NCBI GenBank assembly: GCA_004764695.1
Contig: SMSO01000014.1
Coordinates: forward strand, 2,227,648-2,291,647
Direction of reading: 5' to 3'
Source: Schizochytrium sp. TIO01
Taxonomy: Eukaryota; Protista; Bigyra: Labyrinthulomycetes
DNA: 64,000 bases
Shown here: positions 24,277 to 33,798 of the stretch, one piece after another
Layout of the letters: every line of letters starts with the position of its first letter
Numbering within the stretch: position 1 is the first letter of the stretch
Translations under genes and position numbers: made by a program
The notes under the pieces: model-generated
The model's database searches: none
What the model saw: the letters and a program-made list of their open reading frames with translations, nothing else
Told to the model about the DNA's origin: nothing

Positions 24277-26001
24277 ATGGGTAATGCCAGAAGCGGAGGA
24301 GATCCGAGCGAGGAGATGCAACGAGGCGTGCTGGGCCTGAAGTGCTCGGCGAGGCAGGTCGTGGAGAAGCTGCGGGATGGGAAGTACGCGTCCGTGGTGG
24401 TGATGGCGGGCGCTGGCATCTCGGTATCATGCGGGATTCCGGACTTCCGCACGCCAGGAACGGGGTTGTATGATAACCTGCAGAGGTTCAACCTGCCGAC
24501 CCCGGAGAGCGTGTTCGAGCTGGACTTCTTTCAAGAGAACAATGGCGAGGCCTTCTACAAGCTTGCCAAGGAAATGTGGCCAGACAAGTTCAGGCCCTCG
24601 CCGACGCACCTCTTTGTGCGGCTGCTGCACGACAAGGGTCTTCTTCGTCGGGCATTCACACAGAACATCGACACGCTTGAGCGTATTGCCGGCGTACCCG
24701 ACGACAAGCTCGTAGAGGCCCACGGAAGCTTTGCTAAGTCTAGCTGCACTGTTTGCCGTCATCCCTTCGACTCTGAAGACTGCAAGCTCGCTATTCTCGA
24801 AGGTAACACACCAATCAGGTGCCGCCAGCCCAATTGTGGAGGTCTCGTCAAGCCCGACATCGTCTTTTTTGGAGAAGGCCTACCCCCAAAGTTTGGCATT
24901 TGCAGCGCACAAGATCTGCCCCAGGCAGACCTTCTGATTGTAATGGGCACATCACTCACTGTACACCCCTTCGCTGGCCTTACCGAGATGGTCTCACCAG
25001 ACTGCCCTAGACTCCTGCTCAACATGCAGCCCGTCGGCGTGCGGATTCCCAGCGATGAGAGCAATGGCTTGAGACTGAACCAACCAGAGAACTGGCGCGA
25101 CGTGATGATCCAAGGACCCTGCGACGATGCTGTGAGGGCCATCTGTGACATCCTCGGCTGGAGAGAGGACCTCGAGAACCTCGTGGAGGAGTTCGGTAGC
25201 AATGGAGGACCGGATAGAACTCCGGTGGATATTCAAAAAGCATTTCCGAAAATGGGACCTGAAGGTCTTGACAAGGACTGGAGGCTACCGGTGGAGAAGA
25301 CACGTGAGCTTCCAAGAATACCGAGAGCTCCAAAATTCTACTCGGAGGACTTTGATTTGCCATTGCTGGAAGAAGCGGCGAGAGCAGCGCACAGAGGCAT
25401 GGAATTATTTGTGTTTGAGGAGTATACGAGCCTGAGAACCAGTGGGCAAATTGCGGGAATGCTCTGCCTTACGGATGAGAGCCTGCGAGTATGGAATGGA
25501 TGCCATGTACTGGCGCTGGTGGAGGCAGGCGCAAACCACTGGGATATGGAGATTATCAGCAACTGCGAGCTTCTTGACGAGCCAATGACCAGGCCTGGGC
25601 CCGATGGCAAGCGCGCAGCATTTCATCAAGTCGCCTTTCAAATTCCACCTGGAAACCAGACAAAGTATGAACTTTGGTATGTTGACACCACTCACGGCCG
25701 CGTGCCAGTACGCTGGGGACCCTTCGAGCTCAACAAATCGCGCTTCTCAAGAGCTGTCACACATTCTGAGGACGATGATGACCTCGTCGCTGATGACGAT
25801 GATGACGATCAGAGTGACCAGAGTGACCAGAACGACCTGCGCATTGAGAACCTTCCTTCTTCCATGCGTAGTGCATCAGCTTCTGCTGAGGATATCGACC
25901 AGACCGTTGACGAGATCGTCCACGCCATGGGTGACCTGCCGGCCCACCTTGAGGATAAGGATGATCAGGACCAGTCGAGTCAAAACGACAAGCGTCAGTA
26001 A
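24277..26001 (+). CDS. Class I NAD-dependent sirtuin (SIRT2/Hst2-like) with a C-terminal extension; ORF is open upstream to ATG 23500
   Basis: GAGISVSCGIPDFR, FTQNIDTLER, catalytic EAHGSF, Zn-binding CTVC...CRQPNC, KPDIVFFGE, MGTSLTVHPFAGL. Start codon ambiguous (23500 or 24277). Confidence 0.93.
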   Translation: MGNARSGGDPSEEMQRGVLGLKCSARQVVEKLRDGKYASVVVMAGAGISVSCGIPDFRTPGTGLYDNLQRFNLPTPESVFELDFFQENNGEAFYKLAKEMWPDKFRPSPTHLFVRLLHDKGLLRRAFTQNIDTLERIAGVPDDKLVEAHGSFAKSSCTVCRHPFDSEDCKLAILEGNTPIRCRQPNCGGLVKPDIVFFGEGLPPKFGICSAQDLPQADLLIVMGTSLTVHPFAGLTEMVSPDCPRLLLNMQPVGVRIPSDESNGLRLNQPENWRDVMIQGPCDDAVRAICDILGWREDLENLVEEFGSNGGPDRTPVDIQKAFPKMGPEGLDKDWRLPVEKTRELPRIPRAPKFYSEDFDLPLLEEAARAAHRGMELFVFEEYTSLRTSGQIAGMLCLTDESLRVWNGCHVLALVEAGANHWDMEIISNCELLDEPMTRPGPDGKRAAFHQVAFQIPPGNQTKYELWYVDTTHGRVPVRWGPFELNKSRFSRAVTHSEDDDDLVADDDDDDQSDQSDQNDLRIENLPSSMRSASASAEDIDQTVDEIVHAMGDLPAHLEDKDDQDQSSQNDKRQ

Positions 26002-26920
26002 AAAAGGTGATTGACCTCATCTTGAATCATGACGACCAGCCCTGGTTGTCACGATGAGAAGGTTGGGTCCTTGTTTCCGTCGTGTTGTTTGACACGGGAC
26101 ATAACCCAATACAAATCAACTATCTACCTGCCTATTGACTAGTCAATCAATCAGTCAATCAACTTTTGGACGCTTCAAAGCGGCAAGAACAAACAAATAC
26201 ATTATGAATGAATGCGTGAATTAAACAACGAATCGATTCTCCTTTTTTATCTTTTCTTCGATTCTCTTTATTATAGGCTAACCTCATGTGTGATACTTAG
26301 CGTCCAATGATGCCTGCAAACGAGCTGTTTCTGAGATTTCTTACATACGTTCTTCTGATACACTCCAAAAAACTTGTAAGTTTTTTTGTTTTGTTTTTCA
26401 ACAATCTAAAAAGTTTGTTTTGAACTTACTGCTCAACATCAAGAGGGATTTCAAGATGAATACCACTCTTAAACATGGTTATGAAGTTCAATCTCGTGTA
26501 CTCACTTTTGCGCGATTTCTAGTTCTCCCGACGCTTGGTATAATTGCACACTCGCACATGAGCTTTTATGCAAAGTCTTTGCTGTCATGCGCGAATGATT
26601 TCCGTATTTAATTCTCGTAACACCCTTAAAAATGTTATTATTGTTTCTAATTATAAATTCTATTTATTTATTTTAATGTTTTTGAAATAAAAAAATAAAT
26701 AAAATAAACTTTAATTGCTACTAACATTGCAAAAACAGAGCTCTCGCTCCTTCTCTCTGTGTCTCCCTAAACCCAAATCAGAGAGCGGTAGGCTTCGCCT
26801 CAGCAACCTCGAGGACTTAGAGTTATAGAAACAGCGCAGGTAAGGCGTACCTACCAGGGACAAACCATTCCTGCACTCACAACAGGAAACTTGACTTTCC
26901 TGTTGTAAAGCTGCTGTACC

Positions 26921-27259
26921 ATGCCTGCGCAAACACCAGCAACAAGCAAGGCGAACAAGGCCAACGACCACGAGGAGGAGGAGGAGGACGAGGAGGAAGA
27001 AGAAGTAGCCGAGATAGTTCTACCATGGCAGGGATGGACGCAAACACAATGGGATGAGGAGCTCAAGAAGCATACTGAGGAATCCATTGAATGGTTCGTG
27101 AAAGATGCAGAAGTGCTATCTCAAAGCATTGTAGAGAGAGAATGTATGAATGACAGCCTTCAGGCCCAGCGCTCGCTTGTACTCTTAACGAGTAAACTTG
27201 ACTACTTACGGAATTTACATCAAGCGCAGCTTCGTCGTGAGCAGCTTCCCAAAAGCTGA
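26921..27259 (+). CDS. Small acidic, predicted helical protein of unknown function (112 aa)
   Basis: ATG in good context (ACCATG), poly-Glu tract, then amphipathic helical sequence. Composition is protein-like. No family recognised. Confidence 0.7.
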   Translation: MPAQTPATSKANKANDHEEEEEDEEEEEVAEIVLPWQGWTQTQWDEELKKHTEESIEWFVKDAEVLSQSIVERECMNDSLQAQRSLVLLTSKLDYLRNLHQAQLRREQLPKS

Positions 27260-30200
27260 TTAAAGGCCGTTTTTGAGAAGAGAATCAGCCTCGCTTAACT
27301 TGCCTGCATTTCTTTGCAAGAACTCAAGAGCGAGTTCAATGCCCTTGCGTAGCTGTTCGTCTTCAACAGCACTCACTTGATCCAAATTAATATCAGGGGC
27401 CACACCGCAGTTCTCGATCGTCTGACCTCCATAGAATCGCAAGGTAGGCATGGTAAGCTCACTTCCATCAACTAGATAGCTTGTACGAGAATATCCTGTT
27501 ACGCCACCCCACGTGCGCGTGCCTACAATCTTGCCAAGGCCCATTTTGCGAAAAGTATTGGCAAATATTTCGGCATCTGAGGCTGTCTCGTAGTTAATAA
27601 GAAGAATGTAATAGCGCAAGGTGGATCCCAGATCAAGCGGAAAGGTAAAGGAATCTCCAAATTTTGGTTTGAAAACTCCCATGCATGATTTGCCCAATTT
27701 TTCCAAAATTGCCTCTGAGGAATACCCCCCAGGGTTTCCACGAACATCAATCAGCATAATCTGGCGATTTCCTTCTGCCAAAAAGTCTTGTGCAAAGCGC
27801 ACGTATCCTGTTGTTTCCATATCAGGAATATTAATGTATCCGACTGCATCTTTCGTTGCTGCATGGACTAACTCGCGGCTCTGTTCTACGCCGTCGCGAT
27901 ACTGTAAATGGGAAAGGCCTCGAAAACTTACGCATTTGGCTCGGCAAAGTGTCTTCACATATTTGGGTCGAGACTTCGTAGATTGGCGGTGCCCTTGCGT
28001 TAATTGACGTGCAGGCTCCCGCCGTTGGGCCTGCTGATGCTGCTGGGGCTTTTGCTTTTCGTTGTTTTTGCGCCGGCCTTTCGAATTACGGTCATCTCTC
28101 TGCTGTTTTAGCTGAGATTTTTCATTTTCCCCCAAACCTTGATTCTTTTGATTGGTTTTGCGCGTTTGTTTCGAGGACTCTGTCTCCCCGGATTTCGGAT
28201 CAGACACGTTGGGATATACAGCTCGGCGAGAGAGTTCTACAATGACTTCGCGTTTTGCACAGCCAGTCAATGCCTTCTCAAGAGACATATCATATGTGAG
28301 TCCAACTTGAACGCCGTTGATAGCCAAGATGCGATCACCTATAGACGCCTGCAAGGCAAGAGGCCCACGCAAATCCGCAGCCCATGTGACTCCCTGATAG
28401 ACCTTCTTTATCTCAAAACCATTTGAAAGAAGTTTTCCTTCAACCCCCAAAAAACCTTGCGAGCTTTCAACTTCGTAACGCCCTAGAACAGAAAAATCGC
28501 CGCCCCATGTCGCGATGTGGCTCATGCTGAATTCAGAAATCATTTCTGCGGCAAGGTCGGCGAAATCAAGTCTAGACCGTACATAGGGCAGTAATTCAGC
28601 ATATGCCTGGAAGATATGAATTCCTGGGCACGATGCAGTCAAGGCATGTGCCTGCTCTCGCCGGGCAAAAATTTCGGCTAGCATGGGAGCCCATTCGCTG
28701 TCAGGGACGATGTTGAGAACCACACGCTCTTCAAGATCAACATAACCCTTACAGGGTCTCTGGGCTTTGCTTCCTTCGCCATCGCCACTATCGTCAGGAT
28801 CAGCCAGTTCATCTATGGTCTCCTCAATGTTTGAAATACTAAAGCAATGAAAGTCAAGTTCTCCTTCGTTCTCGTCACACGTTGTAACGAGCATAGCCTC
28901 GCCATTGCATGGAATTTGTAGCTCATCAACGTCACCCGTACGAAGTACCGTTCGTTTAAGGGTATTCATATTAAAGCAAACAAGGTTACCAGCACCAGAG
29001 TCCCCCTTCCCCTCCACATAGAGAAGTCGACCATCGTTAAGAACATGTAGATTTCGGATGTCGAGGAGGGATGAAGAAGATCCTATATCTACAGGAATTT
29101 CAAAAATGCGAATAAGAGGATCTGTAATCTCCATAATAGCATCTTCAGCCTCTGCTTCCTCATCTTCCCTGTCTGCGTTTTTGTCGGAGCTACACCGGTT
29201 GTTTTCAGAATGATCAATTTCACTAGAATCGTCTTCCTCCTCCTCATCGTAATCATCATCGCCTTGGCTATCACCCGTTTTGGGCGCACAAGGATAAAGC
29301 ACAGTTGGGTCCGGGGCCGACGGGCAGAGTGCTCGAGCCATGATTGATACTGGTGTGTAACAATCTAGCGAGGTATTCCAAAGTGAGTCTTCGACGCATG
29401 CGAGACGTCGATTTGAGCTAAGAAAGAAACAGTAGTTGCAGTCAGGGTCCACCTGAGGACAATGGTCAAGATAACCTTGCTCTGTTGTGAGTTTAATGAG
29501 CTGATCCTTTCCGATATTATACGCGTAAATGATGCTTGCGCGACTTGTGTAACGAAAGCTAAACAATAGATGCGATCCACATGGGGAGAAAGTTAAATCG
29601 GAGATAGCATCTTCTACGTGCCCTGAAATAATGTTTGATACTTTTGTGCTGCCGTAGTCTAATAACAATAGCTTATTTGTTTCTGTAACAAAAGCCACTA
29701 ATGTATCAGTGGGACTTGCAACAGCCTCCACAGGTAGGCCTACCTGCCCAAGAGACAAAGTTTTACCTGCGTTTCGTGATGGGACGATTGCATCTGATTT
29801 GTTTACCTGCAGGCCGCCTAGAGCTGGTTGGGCTTTGAATATGCGAAAGCTCAAGAAGTTGTTCGGGTCTTTCCCATATTGAAAAGCACCAATATTGTTA
29901 CCTTTCAGATACATTGGGAAAACCAGACGAGCTTCTACATCACCATGGACAGAGCAAGGACCTTCCCAAAGAGCAGTCTCAACTAGACGCCCACGAACAG
30001 TTGCACAAAGGAAGCGACCGTCGGGATCAAGACGCACAGTCTCTAGGTCTGATGTACCATCCGTTACGATTGCTTCACGAGAAGGGTTTGACCCACGCAT
30101 CACAATATTAAGTGGTACAGGCGCTTCAGAACTAAGGACATTAAAAAGCCAAAGCTGACCTCCATACTGATAAACAATACGTCCAGATTGCTGGCATACG

Positions 30201-30976
30201 GTGGGATTGCGCACATAAAAGGGTTTTGCACCGCTATGGAATGTGTGTTGTTTAAGCGAAGCCTGGGTTGGAGATTCTAAAGAAACACTACACAAGTTGC
30301 CTCGAATTGTGACATCATCCAGCACAAAGTAGATCCGGCCCTTATAAACCACTGGATTAGCAATACACTGCTGGTCCAAAATACGACGTTGTTTACCATC
30401 TGCCTCCTTGATCCAAAGCTGACCTCGTTGACCCCCACCGTATCGTTTCCATGTTCCAATGTGAGCATCATAAGAATAGCGACCAATAACATTATCATGT
30501 ACAAAATCGACATTGAGCCCAAGATCTTCTCGCCTCTGGCAAGATAACCTTTGAGGATCACACTCGAAAACAATTGAGGAGAATATTGCGCCGAGGTACT
30601 CACCTCTGCGTACAAGTAAATTGGCTGTGGCTTCTGCAGATGTCCAGCCCACAATGGCTACATGGTCATATTGACCCCAATTCGTCACTCGCGTTGCCTT
30701 GCCTGTAAGTTGGAGATCGTGCAAATAGACTTCCTGAGCGCCGGATTGTCTACTAATATAGGCTACTGCACTGGCATCGGGGCTAACCACGGGTGATGTA
30801 ATGTCTCCGCTCGTTGTCAAACGGTGCGCGAGAACCTTGCTCTTTTCACTTAATGTGCCCAGCCACAGGTCTCCTTCGCAAACGAAGAGTAACTCGTCAC
30901 CAGCCAGGTTTGGCTGTGAGCAGTAGTATCCCCGTGAGGGCCCAGACTCGGCACCATTTGCCAGACTACTTGACAT
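27260..30976 (-). CDS. tri: Tricorn protease homologue (peptidase S41B: beta-propellers, C1, PDZ-like, C2)
   Basis: N-terminal GYYCSQPNLAGDELLFVCEGDLW, WKRYGGGQRGQLW, catalytic MSHIATWGGD, GFLG PDZ start, VGYINIPDM, IDVRGNPGG, nucleophile TASDAEIF, GTRTWGGV, IENCGVAPD. Likely start MSSSLANG at 30976; the ORF is open to 31060. Confidence 0.93.
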   Translation of the reverse strand: MSSSLANGAESGPSRGYYCSQPNLAGDELLFVCEGDLWLGTLSEKSKVLAHRLTTSGDITSPVVSPDASAVAYISRQSGAQEVYLHDLQLTGKATRVTNWGQYDHVAIVGWTSAEATANLLVRRGEYLGAIFSSIVFECDPQRLSCQRREDLGLNVDFVHDNVIGRYSYDAHIGTWKRYGGGQRGQLWIKEADGKQRRILDQQCIANPVVYKGRIYFVLDDVTIRGNLCSVSLESPTQASLKQHTFHSGAKPFYVRNPTVCQQSGRIVYQYGGQLWLFNVLSSEAPVPLNIVMRGSNPSREAIVTDGTSDLETVRLDPDGRFLCATVRGRLVETALWEGPCSVHGDVEARLVFPMYLKGNNIGAFQYGKDPNNFLSFRIFKAQPALGGLQVNKSDAIVPSRNAGKTLSLGQVGLPVEAVASPTDTLVAFVTETNKLLLLDYGSTKVSNIISGHVEDAISDLTFSPCGSHLLFSFRYTSRASIIYAYNIGKDQLIKLTTEQGYLDHCPQVDPDCNYCFFLSSNRRLACVEDSLWNTSLDCYTPVSIMARALCPSAPDPTVLYPCAPKTGDSQGDDDYDEEEEDDSSEIDHSENNRCSSDKNADREDEEAEAEDAIMEITDPLIRIFEIPVDIGSSSSLLDIRNLHVLNDGRLLYVEGKGDSGAGNLVCFNMNTLKRTVLRTGDVDELQIPCNGEAMLVTTCDENEGELDFHCFSISNIEETIDELADPDDSGDGEGSKAQRPCKGYVDLEERVVLNIVPDSEWAPMLAEIFARREQAHALTASCPGIHIFQAYAELLPYVRSRLDFADLAAEMISEFSMSHIATWGGDFSVLGRYEVESSQGFLGVEGKLLSNGFEIKKVYQGVTWAADLRGPLALQASIGDRILAINGVQVGLTYDMSLEKALTGCAKREVIVELSRRAVYPNVSDPKSGETESSKQTRKTNQKNQGLGENEKSQLKQQRDDRNSKGRRKNNEKQKPQQHQQAQRREPARQLTQGHRQSTKSRPKYVKTLCRAKCVSFRGLSHLQYRDGVEQSRELVHAATKDAVGYINIPDMETTGYVRFAQDFLAEGNRQIMLIDVRGNPGGYSSEAILEKLGKSCMGVFKPKFGDSFTFPLDLGSTLRYYILLINYETASDAEIFANTFRKMGLGKIVGTRTWGGVTGYSRTSYLVDGSELTMPTLRFYGGQTIENCGVAPDINLDQVSAVEDEQLRKGIELALEFLQRNAGKLSEADSLLKNGL

Positions 30977-31635
30977 GCTGCAGGGTTCGGGCAGCAAAAA
31001 AAACAGGCGATGGAGTTTTAGTTTTCTGTGTGAATCTGAATTTGTCCCTATCATTTGCAATGCTAATTTTTCTTTTCTTTCTTTCTTTCTTTACTTATAA
31101 TAAATAAATGTATCTTTCATTCGAGCATAGTATATTGATAGGATAATATGATGATTTCTGAAAGTAGGTCCAACTATCAGAAGACTTGCATATCCCAGAG
31201 ATGGAAGTTGCCATCGCAATCAAATGCAGGGCACTTTGTTCATAATCAATAACCAGTACATGGACCACATATTAAAAGGTAAGTACTGCAGTTTCGGGAA
31301 ATACTGGAAAGTATAATAGTGAAGTAGAGACGAATTTAGCATAAAATAAAAGAATGACAAAAGTCTATTTCATTTCTTACTACATACAAATGCAAAGTAT
31401 CAAAATTCTACTCAGCATGTTTGTTTGATTTATGGGTACATATACGAAATAAATGAATAAAGGAATGGTTGAGCAGGGAGCGGTCATTCTTGCGAGTGAC
31501 AACCCCAATAATAAGTGTGAAACCTCTTTCTTTGTAGAAGAAAAGAGCCCACAATGTTTGGTTTTGTTTCGTTACATGGCTTGGCTTAAATATCACAAAG
31601 CAAAATCACAGAGTTGAGGTAGCACCAGATACCTG

Positions 31636-33798
31636 TCAGTTAATAGCAGTGGCTTCCCCTTCTTGCATTAGGTCTTGGTCTTGTTTTGCCAAGGCGTTGT
31701 TGCTTGTGCACGGTTTAAGTTGGACTGAAGCTTGTCCTAACACTTGACCAGTGTAGTTATTCATGTGGCGAAAAAAGCCTGTTTTGGCGGCTGGTGTGTC
31801 CGGAATTGAAACGGGGGACCAACAGTCTCGATCTGGGGAGCGATCAAAGAGAACAGTGGCATTAAATAGGGCGAAGCAGGAAGGCTTGCCAGCGGGTGCT
31901 CGGTGAGTAATATGATAATTGATTGTCCGGCCAACTTCATGGGGGCGAATGTGATCCAGACTCACCATGGTATTTTGTTTTTGGGCCTGGCAGCTTGCAT
32001 AGATAGAAGTTAGCTCTTCATCGTCGTCATCGTCATAGTCCGAGTAACAATCATTGTAAGCAAGGCCTGTGACAACACCATGGGTACATTCATCTGCATG
32101 GCTGAGGAGGTCATCATCGTCGAAGTCTTCATCGTCATAGTACTCATCATCTTCATCATCCTCGTAATCATCCAGGCTCAGCATGTCAAGATCAAATGTA
32201 TCCCCATCTACAATGGATGCATAGGATGACTTCTTATTAGTGAAGCGCAGATGAAAGAGACCAGAACCTGCGGAGAACATTGAGGCATCACTATTCTGCC
32301 GTGTGCGACGGGAGCCCCGGCTACGGGCAGAGCGCATGGATCGGTAGGACCGATAAGAGCGTAAAGACTGTACAGATCGCGCATCATCATCATCGTCGTC
32401 CATCGCGCATTGACCTCGGGGTCCGTGACTGTGCACAGAGCTAGCACTATACTTGCGGTGGTCTGCAGCCATGTTTTGCTCCTGAGCAACTGCTTGAGCA
32501 GTGGCCTTTTCTGCGGATAAATCGATGCCTCTACGTGAGCGAAGAGGTTCGTGAGAGTGTAACTTGTGTTCTTCATCTACTTCTTCCTCGTCGTGATGAA
32601 CCCTGGAGCCTGAAGCAGATAGTTTCGCAGCGGAGGGGTGGGACTTTGACTTGATAAGACTGCTGGAGCTGCGGCTACGGCTGTTGTCTCTTGCCTCATC
32701 CTCGTCGTCGTCCTCATCACTGGACTGCGCTGCTTTTGCGAGCCATTGAAGATTACGAAAACTGGGTGCAGGGGTAAGACCCGGGACTTCCTCGTTATCT
32801 GAACTCGGTGTGGCCGATGCGGGCGAGGTTATGCCCGGCTGAACGTGGGGAATAGCAAAACGTTTGTACGTCGTTTCTGCAGGGTTTTCAGCAGGAGAGT
32901 CTATGGAATCACCTTCATCTTCCTCCTCAATAACATGCCAGAGGCCGCGTTCCAGGCGCTCAAGTTTCTGCGCTGCGAGCGTAACGTCTGCATCGTGTCT
33001 GTTCATTGCATAGAGGCACTGAAAGCGCTCGAGTGTTTCTGCTAGAGGAGAAACACTTGATTTTTGTAACAGGGTACGGAAAGAATTAATATCCGAGCCG
33101 TGATTGAAGAGAAAGGTCTCCAGGTATTGCGCTATTCTGCCAAGGTGTTGGTTACGACCCTTGCGGAATCGTCTGAAGTAAAGCACGCGAGCCCACCTGT
33201 CCTCACGCTGCCAGCACGCAAGAATACCGTCCAGCCAGTCTGTAAGAGCGCACAGAATAACATGAGCTGGTGCTTTCTCGAGTGTGTTTGTGTCTGGGAA
33301 TCGTGGCACAGGGAGTTTCATCTTAATAAGGTCACGATCGAGCGCTCTAAATTCTTGTACAGACCGTACAATTTCCCAGCTCTGTTCCGCACCCTCGATG
33401 TGAGTCATTCGAAGTCTGAGCAGAATCGCTGACGAGTGTCTCGGGTGCAGCTGGAGGCTTGCTCTAAGAGTAAGTTCCTGCGCTACCTGAGTGTCAATAA
33501 ACCGATTCCAGTAAGCCACTGCTGCCGATCTCCTCGGGAATACAGCCCTCAGCATCTCATCATTATCGCTTTTATCTCCACTATCCTTTGCATGCATAAG
33601 AATGCTGCCGCTGCTTGCTTCGCTCGGACGCCTTCCTCTGCGTTTGCCAGCGCCCAGGGCGTGATGATGATGCATGTGTACGCCGTTCTGTTGTTGTTGC
33701 TGCTGTAACTTTTGTTGTTGCCTCGAGTACCACGCGTCTCCACCACTTTCATCGCCTTCACTCCACCGCTCCTGTCTTGACCTCCGCTCGAGCATCAT
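31636..33798 (-). CDS. Protein with a degenerate PX-like domain and long acidic/Ser-rich disordered regions
   Basis: 720 aa ORF. SWEIVRSVQEFRALDRDL..LPVPRFP..ALTDWLDGIL resembles the PX core (W-x-V-x-R, F-x-x-L, PxxP loop). Confidence 0.8.
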   Translation of the reverse strand: MMLERRSRQERWSEGDESGGDAWYSRQQQKLQQQQQQNGVHMHHHHALGAGKRRGRRPSEASSGSILMHAKDSGDKSDNDEMLRAVFPRRSAAVAYWNRFIDTQVAQELTLRASLQLHPRHSSAILLRLRMTHIEGAEQSWEIVRSVQEFRALDRDLIKMKLPVPRFPDTNTLEKAPAHVILCALTDWLDGILACWQREDRWARVLYFRRFRKGRNQHLGRIAQYLETFLFNHGSDINSFRTLLQKSSVSPLAETLERFQCLYAMNRHDADVTLAAQKLERLERGLWHVIEEEDEGDSIDSPAENPAETTYKRFAIPHVQPGITSPASATPSSDNEEVPGLTPAPSFRNLQWLAKAAQSSDEDDDEDEARDNSRSRSSSSLIKSKSHPSAAKLSASGSRVHHDEEEVDEEHKLHSHEPLRSRRGIDLSAEKATAQAVAQEQNMAADHRKYSASSVHSHGPRGQCAMDDDDDDARSVQSLRSYRSYRSMRSARSRGSRRTRQNSDASMFSAGSGLFHLRFTNKKSSYASIVDGDTFDLDMLSLDDYEDDEDDEYYDDEDFDDDDLLSHADECTHGVVTGLAYNDCYSDYDDDDDEELTSIYASCQAQKQNTMVSLDHIRPHEVGRTINYHITHRAPAGKPSCFALFNATVLFDRSPDRDCWSPVSIPDTPAAKTGFFRHMNNYTGQVLGQASVQLKPCTSNNALAKQDQDLMQEGEATAIN

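Noticed and set aside
23401-24491. Long minus-strand ORFs (306 and 250 aa) with poly-Leu or poly-Phe
   Set aside because: Antisense read-out of the GAG/AAG-rich sirtuin upstream region.
5265-26001. Two lysine deacetylases, a CDK, a PUF and a putative TF close together as a functional cluster
   Set aside because: Mixed orientations, unrelated intervening genes and no shared regulatory element. Chance neighbourhood is sufficient.
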